64,000 nt of DNA from Mobula hypostoma (Eukaryota). Location: positions 203,610,001 through 203,674,000 of the forward strand of contig NC_086100.1 of NCBI RefSeq assembly GCF_963921235.1, given 5' to 3'. Shown piece by piece: positions 50,201-62,200 of the stretch (position 1 is the stretch's first letter; each line of letters begins with the position of its first letter). Under the pieces are notes generated by a model, which was not told where the DNA came from, searched no databases, and was given only the letters and a program-made list of their open reading frames with translations. The position numbers were made by a program, and so were the translations under genes.

Positions 50201-53200
50201 TCCAAACCTATGTCACATCTTTCCACCGACTTGATGCCATTCTTTACCAGTAAAGCCACACCACCCCCTCTGCCTACCTTCCTAACCCTCCGATATAACG
50301 TGTAACCTTGGACATTCAGCTCCCAACTACAACCATCCTTCAGCCACGATTCAGTGATGACCACAACATCATACCCGGCAATCTGTAACAGTGCAACAGA
50401 ATCATGCACCCTATTTCTTATACTACATGCATTTAAGTACAGCACTTTGAGTACCGTATTTTCTAACCTTCCTGAGTCTGCATCCCTAATGTTTTGATAC
50501 TCAACCCGCTGGCTGCAACTAAGTCTGATCACCTGCCTGCCCTCCCTGACAGTCTGACTGCAAGCCATCTTTAACTTTTTACAATCTGTCCTATCCTGAG
50601 TCCATTCACTCCAGTTCTCGCATCCCCCGTTCCTCCCCCGGCCCCGGGAACTTCGTTTAAATCCTTCCCAACATCCCTAACAAACCTGTCCGCAAGAATA
50701 TTGGTTCCCTTCGGGTTCAGCTGCAACCCGCCACTTTTGAACCTCCCCCAGAAAAGATCCCAATGGCACAAGAACCTGAAGCTTTGGCCCCTGCCACAGC
50801 CTCTCAGCCAAACTGGAAGGACTGGAGGATGTGGTGGAGCAAAGATCCCCACAGAAATTCCTGGGAATTCTAGAGAATTTTGCGAACCTTCTGCGTGCTG
50901 CCTTGGCTAAACCGAGGAACTTTTTTAGTAACAGACGAAGACAACTGCGCGGCTCCAGGGAACCCAGAATGAGGACGTTCGTATCCTCAGCCATAACACT
51001 CGACAATGAGTCAAAATATAGCCAGGGAAGTGATGCCCACCACCCTTCCCGTTAGACTGTATGAGGTAACTAATATTTTATTATTTCATACTACTTTTCT
51101 AATGTTTGTATATCTGTGCACTTATAATGAAACTGTGACAAGGTAATTTCCTCTGGGATCAATAAAGTATCTATCTATTTATCTATCTCACTCCTCTTTA
51201 TATTCTCCCCCAGATCTACCAGAGTGTTTTACTCTTTCTCTCTCTTCTCCACCAGATCTGCCTTTCTCCTCAACGAGAAGAGGCGCAGGACGAGCTTGTT
51301 CTCAGTTAGTCTTTATAATGCCTCCTGAGACGGTGATGAGCCTCTCATGTGAGATGTGGCAGCCGTGGGGGAACTCCCCTCTCCCGCAGAGTCACATCTG
51401 CCAGAAGTGCATACGGCTGGGCAATCTGGAAGACCGTGTAAGGAATCTGGAGCAGCAGCTGGATGACCTTTGACTCATAAGGGAGAATGAGGCAGTCATA
51501 GATGCGAGCTACAGGGAGGTAGTCACACCTAGGCTGTTGGAAGCAGGTCGTTGGGTGACAGTTGGGGGGGGAAAAGCGAAGGTGAGCAGACGGTAGTGCA
51601 GAGCACCCCTGTAGCCATTCCACTGAATAATAAGTTTACTGTCCTGGATACTGCTGGCGGGGACGACCGACCAGGTGTGAGCCACGGTGGCAGGGCCTCT
51701 GGCACTGAGTCTGACCCAGTGGTGCAGAAAGGTGGGACGGAGAAGAGGAGAGCTGTCATCATTGGAGACTCTATAGTCAGGGGAGCAGACAGGAGATTTT
51801 GTGGACGTGAGAAGGACACCCGCATGGTTTGTTACCTCCCGGGTGCCAGGGTCCAGGATGTCTCTGACCGGGTGCACGACATCCTGGTACGAGAGGGAAA
51901 GCAAACGGAAGTCGTGATACATATATGCACCAACGACATAGGCAGGAAGAGGGATGAGGTCCTGAAGTGTGAGTTTCTGGAACTAGGCAGAAGGCTGAAG
52001 AACAGGACCCCAAGGGTGACATTCTCAGGATTGCTGCCAGTGCTACGTGACAGAGATGGTAAGAATTGGAGGAGATGGCAGTTGAATGTGTGGCTGAGGA
52101 GTTGGTGCAGGGAGCAGGGTTTTAGATTTTTAGATCATTGAGATCTCTTCTGGGGAAGGTGGGACCTGTACAGATTGAATGGGTTGCACCTGAACTCGAG
52201 GGGGAGCAATATCCTTGCAGGTAGGTTTGCTAGCGTGGTTCGGGAGGGTTTAAACTAATTTGCAAGGGGGATGGGACCCGGAGTGATAAAGCAGTGAAAG
52301 AAGTGCATGGAGTAAAGCCAGATCGAACATATAGAGAGGCTTTGAGGAAAGAGAAGCAGAATAAAGGGTATAAAGACAGTAAGGTAGAAGGGCTGAAATG
52401 TGTGTACCTCAATGCAAGAAGCATCAGGAACAAAGGTGATGAACTGAGAGCTTGGATACATAAATGGAATTATGATGTAGTGGCCATTACAGAGACTTGG
52501 CTGGCACCAGGGCAGGAATGGATTCTCAATATTCCTGGATTTCAGTGCTTTAAAAGGGATAGAGAGGGCGGAAAAAGGGGAGGACGGCGGCATTACTGGT
52601 CAGGGATACTATTACAGCTACAGAAAGGGTAGGTAATGTAACAGGATCCTCTTTTGAGTCGGTATGGGTGGAAGTCAGGAACAGGAAGGGAGCAGTTACT
52701 CTACTGGGGGTATTCTATAGGCCCCCTCATAGCAGCAGAGATACAGAGGAGCAGATTGGGAGGCAGATTTTGGAAAGGTGCAAAAATAACAGGGATGTTG
52801 ACATGGGGGACTTTAACTTCCCAAATATTGATTGGCACCTGATTAGTTCCAAGGGTTTAGATGGGGCAGAGTTTAAGTGTGTCCTGGACGGATTCCTGTC
52901 ACAGTATGGGAGAGTGAGGATTTGATAGAGAGGAGTTGCAGGCAGGTGGTCACGCCGGGGCCACGGGAGGCAGACAAGTGGGTCACGGTTAGGAGGGGGA
53001 GGGGGAAGGGGAAGAGTCAGGTAATAGGGAGTACCCCGGTGGCTGTGCCCCTTAACAATAGGTACTCCTGTTTGAGTACTGTTGGGGGGGACAGCTTACC
53101 CGGGGGAAGCGACAGTGGCCGTGCCTCTGGCACAGAGTCTGGCCCTGTAGCTCAGAAGGGTAGAGCAAGGAAGAGGAGGGCAGTTGTGATAGGGGACTCG

Positions 53201-56200
53201 ATAGTAAGGGGGTCAGAAAGGCGATTCTGTGGACGCAGTCCAGAGACCCGGATGGTAGTTTGCCTCCCTGGTGCCAGGGTCCGGGATGTTTCTGATCGTG
53301 TTCAAGATATCCTGAAGTGGGAGGGTGAGGAGCCAGAGGTCGTGGTACATATAGGTACCAATGACATAGGTAGGAAAAGGGATGAGGTCCTGAAAGGAGA
53401 ATATAGGGAGCTGGGAAGGGAGTTGAGAAAAAGGACCGCAAAGGTAGTAATCTCGGGATTACTGCCTGTGCCACGCGACAGTGAGAGTAGGAATGCGATG
53501 AGGTGGAGGATAAATGCGTGGCTGAGGGATTGGAGCAGGGGGCAGGGATTCAAGTTTTTGGATCATTGGGACCTCTTTTGGCGCAGGTGTGACCTGTACA
53601 AAAAGGACGGGTTACACTTGAATCCTAGGGGGACCAATATCCTGGCAGGGAGATTAGCGAGGGCTACTGAGGTGACTTTAAACTAGAATGGTTGGGGGGG
53701 GCGGGAATCAAATTAAAGAGGCTAGGCGTGAGGAGGTTAGTTCACAACAGGGGGATGGGAACCAGTGCAGAGAGACAGAGGGGTGTAAAGTGAGGGTAGA
53801 AGCAAAAAGTACTAAGGAGAAAAGTAAAAGTGGCAGGCCGACAAATCCAGGGCAAGCATTAAAAAGGGCCACTTTTCAACATAATTGTATAAGGTCTAAG
53901 AGAGTTGTAAAAGAGCGCCTGAAGGCTTTGTGTGTCAGTGCAAGGAGCATTTGTAATAAGGTGGATGAATTGAAAGTGCAGATTGTTATTAATGATTATG
54001 ATATAGTTGGGATCACAGAGACATGGCTCCAGGGTGACCAGGGATGGGCGCTCAACGTTCAGGGATATTCAATATTCAGGAGGGATAGACATGAAGGAAG
54101 GGGAGGTGGGGTGGCGTTGCTGGTTAAAGGAGAGATTAACGCAATAGAAAGGAAGGACATAAACCAGGAAGATGTGGAATCGATATGAGTAGAGCTGTGT
54201 AACACGAAGGGGCAGAAGACGCTGGTGGGAGTTGTGTACAGGCCACCTAACAGTAGTAGTGAGGTCGGAGATGGTATTAAACAGGAAATTAGAAATGTGT
54301 GCAATAAAGGAACAGCAGTTATAATGGGTGACTTCAATCTACATGTAGATTGGGTGAACCAAATTGGTAAAGGTGCTGAGGAAGAGGATTTCTTGGAATG
54401 TATGAGGGATGGTTTTTTGAACCAACATGTCGAGGAACCAACTAGAGAACAGGCTATTCTGGACTGGGTTTTGAGCAATGAGGAAGGGTTAATTAGCGAT
54501 CTTGTCGTGAGAGGCCCCTTGGGTAAGAGTGACCATAATATGGTGGAATTCTTCATTAAAATGGAGAGTGACATAGTTAATTCAGAAACAAAGGTTCTGA
54601 ACTTAAAGAGGGGTAACTTTGAAGGTATGAGCCGTGAATTAGCTAAGATAGACTGGCAAATGACACTTAAAGGATTGACGGTGGATATGCAATGGCAAGC
54701 ATTTAAAGGTTGCATGGATGAACTACAACAATTGTTCATCCCAGTTTGGCAAAAGATTAAATCAAGGAAGGTAGTGCACCCATGGCTGACAAGGCAAATT
54801 AGGGATAGTATCAATTCCAAAGAAGAAGCATACAAATTAGCCAGAGAAAGTGGCTCACCTGAGGACTGGGAGAAATTCAGAGTTCAGCAGAGGAGGACAA
54901 AGGGCTTAATCAGGAAGGGGAAAAAAGATTGAGAGAAAACTGGCATGGAACATAAAAACTGACTGTAAAAGCTTTTACAGATATGTAAAAAGGAAAAGAC
55001 TGGTAAAGACAAATGTAGGTCCCCTACAGACAGAAACAGGTGAATTGATTATGGGGAGCAAGGACATGGCGGACCAATTGAATAATTACTTTGGTTCTGT
55101 CTTCACTAAGGAGGACATAAATAATCTTCCAGAAATAGTAGGGGACAGAGGGTCCAGTGAGATGGAGGAACTGAGGGAAATACATGTTAGTAGGGAAGTG
55201 GTGTTAGGTAAATTGAAGGGATTGAAGGCAGATAAATCCCGAGGGCCAGATGGTCTGCATACTAGAGTGCTTAAGGAAGTAGCCCAAGAAATAGTGGATG
55301 CATTAGTGATAATTTTTCAAAACTCGTTAGATTCTGGACTAGTTCCTGAGGATTGGAGGGTGGCTAATGTAACCCCACTTTTTAAAAAAGGAGGGAGAGA
55401 GAAACTGGGGAATTATAGACCAGTTAGCCTAACGTCGGTGGTGGGGAAACTGCTGGAGTCAGTTATCAAAGATGTGATAACAGCACATTTGGAAAGTGGT
55501 GAAATCATCGGACAAAGTCAGCATGGATTTGTGAAAGGAAAATCATGTCTGACGAATCTCATAGGATTTTTTGAGGATGTAACTAGTAGAGTGGATAGGG
55601 GAGAACCAGTGGATGTGGTATATTTGGATTTTCAAAAGGCTTTTGACAAGGTCCCACACAGGAGATTAGTGTGCAAACTTAAAGCACACGGTATTGGGGG
55701 TAAGGTATTGATGTGGATGGAGAATTGGTTAGCAGACAGGAAGCAAAGAGTGGGAATAAACGGGACCTTTTCAGAATGGCAGGCGGTGACTAGTGGGGTA
55801 CCGCAAGGCTCAGTGCTGGGACCCCAGTTGTTTACAATATATATTAATGATTTGGATGAGGGAATTAAATGCAGCATCTCCAAGTTTGTGGATTACACGA
55901 AGCTGGGTGGCAGTGTTAGCAGTGAGGAGGATGCTAAGAGGATGCAGAGTGACTTGGATAGGTTGGGTGAGTGGGCAAATTCCTGGCAGATGCAATTTAA
56001 TGTGGATAAATGTAAAGTTATCCACTTTGGTGGCAAAAATAGGAAAACAGATTATTATCTGAATGGTGGGCGATTAGGAAAAGGGGAGGTGCAACGAGAC
56101 CTGGGTGTCATTATACACCAGTCATTGAAAGTGGGCATGCAGGTACAGCAGGCGGTGAAAAAGGCGAACGGTATGCTGGCATTTATAGCGAGAGGATTCG

Positions 56201-59200
56201 AGTACAGGAGCAGGGAGGTACTACTGCAGTTGTACAAGGCCTTGGTGAGACCACACCTGGAGTATTGTGCAGTTTTGGTCCACTAATCTGAGGAAAGACA
56301 TCCTTGCCATAGAGGGAGTACAAAGAAGGTTCACCAGATTGATTCCTGGGATGGCAGGACTTTCATATGAAGAAGGACTGGATGAACTGGGCTTTTACTT
56401 GTTGGAATTTAGAAGATTGAGGGGGGATCTGATTGAAACGTATAAAATCCTAAAGGGATTGGACAGGCTAGATGCAGGAAGATTGTTCCTGATGTTGGGG
56501 AAGTCCAGAACAAGGGGTCACAGTTCAAGGATAAAGGGGAAGCCTTTTAGGACCGAGATTAGGAAAAACTTCACACAGAGAGTGGTGAATCTGTGGAATT
56601 CTCTGCCACAGGAAACAGTTGAGGCCAGTTCATTGGCTATATTTAAGAGGGAGTTAGATATGGACCTTGTGGCTGCGGGGATCAGGGGGTATGGAGGGAA
56701 GGCTGGGGCGGGGTTCTGAGTTGGATGATCAGCCATGATCATAATCAGTGGCGGTGCAGGCTCGAAGGGCCGAATGGCCTACTCCTGCACCTATTTTCTA
56801 TGTTTCTATGTGGACAGGCTGACCAGGGGGAATGCCATACTAGATCTAGTACTAGGTAATGAACCGGGTCAGGTCACAGATCACTCAGTGGGTGAGCATC
56901 TGGGGGACAGTGACCACTGCTCCCTGACCTTTAGCATTATCATGGAAAAGGATAGAATCAGAGAGGACAGGGAAGTTTTTAATTGGGGAAGGGAAAATTA
57001 TGATGCTATAAGGCTAGAACTTGCGGGTGTGAATTGGGATGATGTTTTTGCAGGGAAGTGTACTATGGACATGTGGTTGATGTTTAGAGATCTCTTGCAG
57101 GATGTTAGGGATAAATTTGTCCCGGTGAGGAAGATAAAGAATGGTAGGGTGAAGGAACCATGGGTGACAAGTGACGTGGAAAATCTAGTCAGGTGGAAGG
57201 CGGCAGCATACATGAGGTCTCGGAAGCAAGGATCAGATGGGTCTATTGAGGAATATAGGGAAGCAAGAAAGGAGCTTAAGAAGGGGCTGAGAAGAGCAAG
57301 ACGGGGGCATGAGAAGGCCTTGGTGAGTAGGGTAAAGGAAAACCCCAAGGCATTCTTCAATTATGTGAAGAAAAAAGGATGACAGGAGTGAAGGTAGGAC
57401 CAATTAGAGGTAAAGGTGGGAAGATGTGCCTGGAGGCTGTGGAAGTGAGCGAGGTCCTCAATGAATACTTCTCTTCAGTATTCCCCAATGAGAAAGAACT
57501 TGATGATGGTGTCGACAATATGAGTGAGTTTCATGTTCTGGAGCATGTTGATATTAAGAAAGAGGAGGTGTTGGAGTTGTTAAAATACATTAGGATGGAT
57601 AAGTACCCGGGGTCTGACGGAATATTCCCCAGACTGCTCAACGAGACTAGGGAAGAGATTGCTGAGCCTCTGGCTAGGATCTTTATGTCCTCGTTGTCCA
57701 CAGGAATGGGACTGGAGGATTGGAGGGAGGCGAATGTTGTCCCCTTGTTCAAAAAAGGTAGTAGGGATAGTCTGGGTAATTATAGACCAGTGAGCCTTAC
57801 GTCTGTGGTGGGAAAGCTGTTGGAAAAGATGCTTAGAGTTAGGCTCTATGGGCATTTAGAGAATCATGGTCTGAACAGGGACATTCAGCATGGCTTTGTG
57901 AAGGGCAGATCGTGTCTAACAAGCCTGATAGAGTTCTTTGAGGAGGTGACCAGGCATATAATTGAGGGTAGTGCAGTGGATGTGATCTACATGGATTTTA
58001 GTAAGGCATTTGACAAGGTTCCACACGGTAGGCTTATTCAGAAAGTCAGAAGGCATGGGATCCAGGGATGTTTGGCCAGGTGGACTCAGAATTGGCTTCC
58101 CTGCAGAAGGCAGAGGTTCGGGGTGGAGGGAGTACATTCAGATTGGAGGGTTGTGACCAGTGGTGTCCCACAAGGATCTGTCTAGGACCTCTACTTTTCG
58201 TGATTTTTATTAACGACCCTGGATGTTGGGGTAGAAGTGTGGGTTGGCAAGTTTGCCGACGACAAAGGTTGGTGGTGTTGTAGATAGTGGATTGTCGAAG
58301 ATTGCAGAGAGACATTAATAGGATGCAGAAGTGGGCAGAGAAGTGGGAGCTGGAGTTTAGCCCGGAGAAGTGTGAGGTGGTACACTTCGGAAGGACAAAC
58401 TCCAAGGTAGAGAATAAACTAAATGGCAGGATACTTGGTAGTGTGGAGGAGCAGAGGGTTCTGGGGCTGCATGTCCTCACAGGTAGAGGGGGTAGTTAAG
58501 AAAGCTTACAGGGTGTTAGCTTTCATAACCCGAGGGACTGAGTTTAAGAGTCGCGGGGTAATGATGCAGCTCTATAAAACTATAAGTTAGGCCACGCTTG
58601 GAGTACTGTGTCCAGTTCTGGTCGCCCCATTATGGGAAGGATGTGGAAGCATTGGAAAGGGTACAGAGGAGATTTACCAGGATGTTGCCTGGTTTAGAGA
58701 GTATGTATTATGATCAGAGATTAAGGGAGAGAAGGAGGATGAGAGGAGACATGATAGAGGTGTACAAGATAATAAGAGGAATAGATAGAGTGGATAGCCA
58801 GCCCCTCTTCCCCAGGGCAGCACTGCTCAATACAAGAGGACATGGCTTTAAGTTAAGGGGTGGGAAGTTCAAGGGGGATATTAGAGGAAGGTTTTTTACT
58901 CAGAGAGTGGTTGGTGCGTGGAATGCACTGCCTGAGTCAGTGGTGGAGGCAGATACACTAGTGAAGTATAAGAGACTACTAGACAGGTATATGGAGGAAT
59001 TTAAGGTGGGGGCTTATATGGGAGGCAGGGTTTGAGGGTCGGCACAACATTGTGGGCCGAAGGACCTGTACTGTGCTGTACTATTCTATGTTCCATGTTC
59101 TCTCCCCCTAACTTTCCTCCTGTCTCTCTTCCCCCTTTCTGTCAGCTCTGTCTCTCCCCTCACTTTCTCTCTGCGTGTCTGTCTCTGTATCTATCTTTCT

Positions 59201-62200
59201 CTCCTTTCCCACAAATTATCTCTCTTCCTTTCTCCTCCCTAGCTCTCCCTCTCTCCCTCCCTGTATTTCTCTGTCTATCTTCCCATCTCTCTGTATTTTT
59301 CTCCCTCTTCTCTTCCCATGAGCTCTTTCTCTCTTACACTCTTTTTCCCTCTTCCTCTGTCTCTCCCCACCCACACACAGTACACTCTGATCACCGCCCC
59401 TCCCACTTCACCATGCCATTCGTACAAGAAACAATTCTGGCTTAATTTGAGCCAGATTTGGCCTGGTCTGGTCCGGGAATGATCTCGACTGGTCCCGGCT
59501 TTGTGCATGATACGTCCCGGATTTGTCCAGAATTATTCCCAGATCAGGGCTCAATTTAGTCCTCGATTGGGCACAGACTAGTCCTGGATTTGTTCTGTAT
59601 CTCTGGGCCGATGTGTATAGAGTAAGTGTTGGTGTTTACCAGCAGCACTTCCACTGCCCAGCCTCTCCCTCAAGGTCAACAAGCTCGTCAGCCCCCTCCC
59701 CAATCACCGGTGCTCATGGAAAGGTCCAAACATCGCTGTCTGAATCCAGAGATGGGATTGAATTCACTTCCATAGGCCAGACCCGGGCCTTGATTTTATC
59801 CCTGAGCTTCTGGAAATTTCGCTGATCCCGAGGTCAAAATATAATCTCTGCTGGGGCGCCGGCCCCTCTAATTTGTTATGACTTCAGTCCGCAGAAACCT
59901 TGCGCTGTGTATTTTTCTGCCAGTGACAACGTTTGCGAACTGAAGAGTTTGCTCAATGAAAACAGTATAAATAAGCCAGTTCTAAAATCTGCAGATGAAT
60001 CATCTCAGCCTTCACATTGTCAACAACGTCCGCGTCAGAATCCGGAAGAGGAAATGTAATTGTGTACCAAAAAAGAAGGATTTTTTTTTTCTGGTGTATG
60101 TGACGAATGGATGCTTCTCCGGCTTCCAGCCGGTTACAAATATTGATTTTAACTCAGGTTTTGGTAACTAAATTTGCCATCTTCATCAGGGACAATGCCT
60201 AGGCATATCTAGTCAGGTGGTATATATGCCCCTATCGTCCGTCCCTTCTGATTGGTTCATCTTCCTCCAATCAGATTACTGCTCTCCCACCTTTTTGACA
60301 ATCGAATTCCAGTTATTACTTAGAGCGAGACCTCTGCTTTTGTTATAATTCTTTTAGATTTATTTCAGTGGCGTCCTTCACCACGTGATTCCAAAAGCCA
60401 ATGGCGCGGCACGGTACTTTCGTGCACAGTGGAAACACGCATCAAGGAGACCAGGATGTGTATCCGTTCGCGTTACCCAGAGAAATCGGTGGTAGCAGAA
60501 CAGTGACTTCGCAATGGCCGTAGCATTGATAAAACGACTGTGCGGCGCCAATGGATTTTGAGACCGCCTGATGAAGGAAGCAGTCAAAACAAAACTAGAA
60601 CAAAAGAATATCAACAATGACGTGGATTCCGCACTAAATAAGAAATGTGATTGGATTGTAAACAAGGTGGGAGAGCGGAAACCTCATTGGATGAGGGCTA
60701 ACCAACCAGAAGGGAGGGACAATGGGGGTATAAATACCACCATACTACATATGCTTAGGCATCATCCCTGATGAAGATGGCAGACTTTTCATCGAAACGT
60801 CGGTTATAATCGATACCTGTGCCTGTCTGGAAGCCCGAAATGAAGTTATTCGTTATTGTACATGATCGTGAAATATACATAACATGCCAACGAGGTAGAG
60901 GGTGACAAATTTTTGTGCGCAGTTTAAATTCCTTTGAGCGCTAGTAGCAAAAGATGTGTCTGTGCAAGTATGTGCACACCTTAACGGGAACATTGGCCTG
61001 ATTTCAGATTCACTGGCAGAGGCCCAAGCCAGGGCCTAACTCATCACTGAGATCTTAGAACAGTAGCCTGGCTCTGGGGTGGAATATAAACTCCGATAGG
61101 ATCAGATTTGCTAGCATAGGCCTCAACCGGACACTGATATGGACTGGAGCTCTCAGAAAAGTCACTAGGCCCAGCGTCCATGCATGTTCTAGGCTGGAGT
61201 CAGATTCGTCGAGATACGGCCGGAAACGGGCCCTGATCTGGTCCCAAGCTCCCAGCACGGTCCCTGGGCCAAGACCCTGTACGATACCAGCTGGAACACT
61301 AGCACAGACCTAATCCAGGGCCCTGCCTTATCCTTGGTCTCCTGGAATGTCTCATGGGCCCAGAAATATGGAGTCACCCCCTGACCTGGTGTAGTGTGAG
61401 GCCGAGGCCTGGATCCTGTTGACGGGACTCACCCAGAGCGTTATCAGCTGGTACTGCAGAGAGAAACGGAGAGGACACATTATGACAGGAGCAATGGAGG
61501 GGTGTGGCTGAAGTAGTGGGAGACGGAGGGAAGGACGAGGGGGAAATGGAGGGAGTGGTGAGGGTGCGGAACGGTGGTGGAGAAGGACAGAGACGGAAGG
61601 GGGGACTGAGGGAAGGACGATGGAGGAGAGGGAGGAGTGAAGCAGAGACACGGAGGGGGGTGAGGAGGGAGACCAGAGGTTTGGACGGGGAGTCTAAGGG
61701 ACGGGGGAGACTGAAGGAAGGTGGTGTCCGATGGATGGGCTAAAGTGAAGATAGAGGGTGGAGCAAAGTGTAATGAGGGAGGGAGAGATGGAAGGAGGGA
61801 TGAGCCAGAGATGGAGGGAGGGGCTGAGAGAGTGGACAGTGAAATGGAGAAAGGGCGGGACTGACAGGTGTGTCAGGGGAGGGGGAGAAGAGGGAGGACT
61901 GACCAGTTCCAGGAGGGATGGACATCACTGAGGACAGAGCGATGGAGGAACTTTCAGAGGGAGAGGAAACATTAGGAAAAGAAAGGATGGAGGGCGAGAG
62001 GAAGTGAGGGGAAAAGAGGGGGAAGGGGGAGAGAAGCAGAGAGGGTTATAAGACAAGGATGAAGGACAGGATGGTGGAGGGCAAAGGCCACTCAGCCCAT
62101 CGAGCAGGTCCAGGTGCCCAAGGCCCCAGTTGTGTTCGAAGGGTGCGGAGAAGAGAGGCAGTGAGGACGGAGTGGAGGATAGAGGGTGGGCTGAGAGGGG

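Larger units (their letters stand above)
40520..50790 (-). mobile_element. CR1 LINE hosting the nested insertions (pieces 40520-41517 and 48825-50790)
   Basis: RT motifs on the left piece, APE (YLNACSI, ITESWL, IYRPP) and ORF1 end (HWDLFWGR) on the right; sequence continues across the LTR insertion. Confidence 0.9.
59863..60995. mobile_element. Possible decayed hAT-type non-autonomous DNA transposon hosting a Penelope insertion
   Basis: Right end ttaacgggaacattg and left end cccctctaa resemble a CAATGTTCCCTCTAA-type TIR; left TIR incomplete and no TSD seen. Confidence 0.4.
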
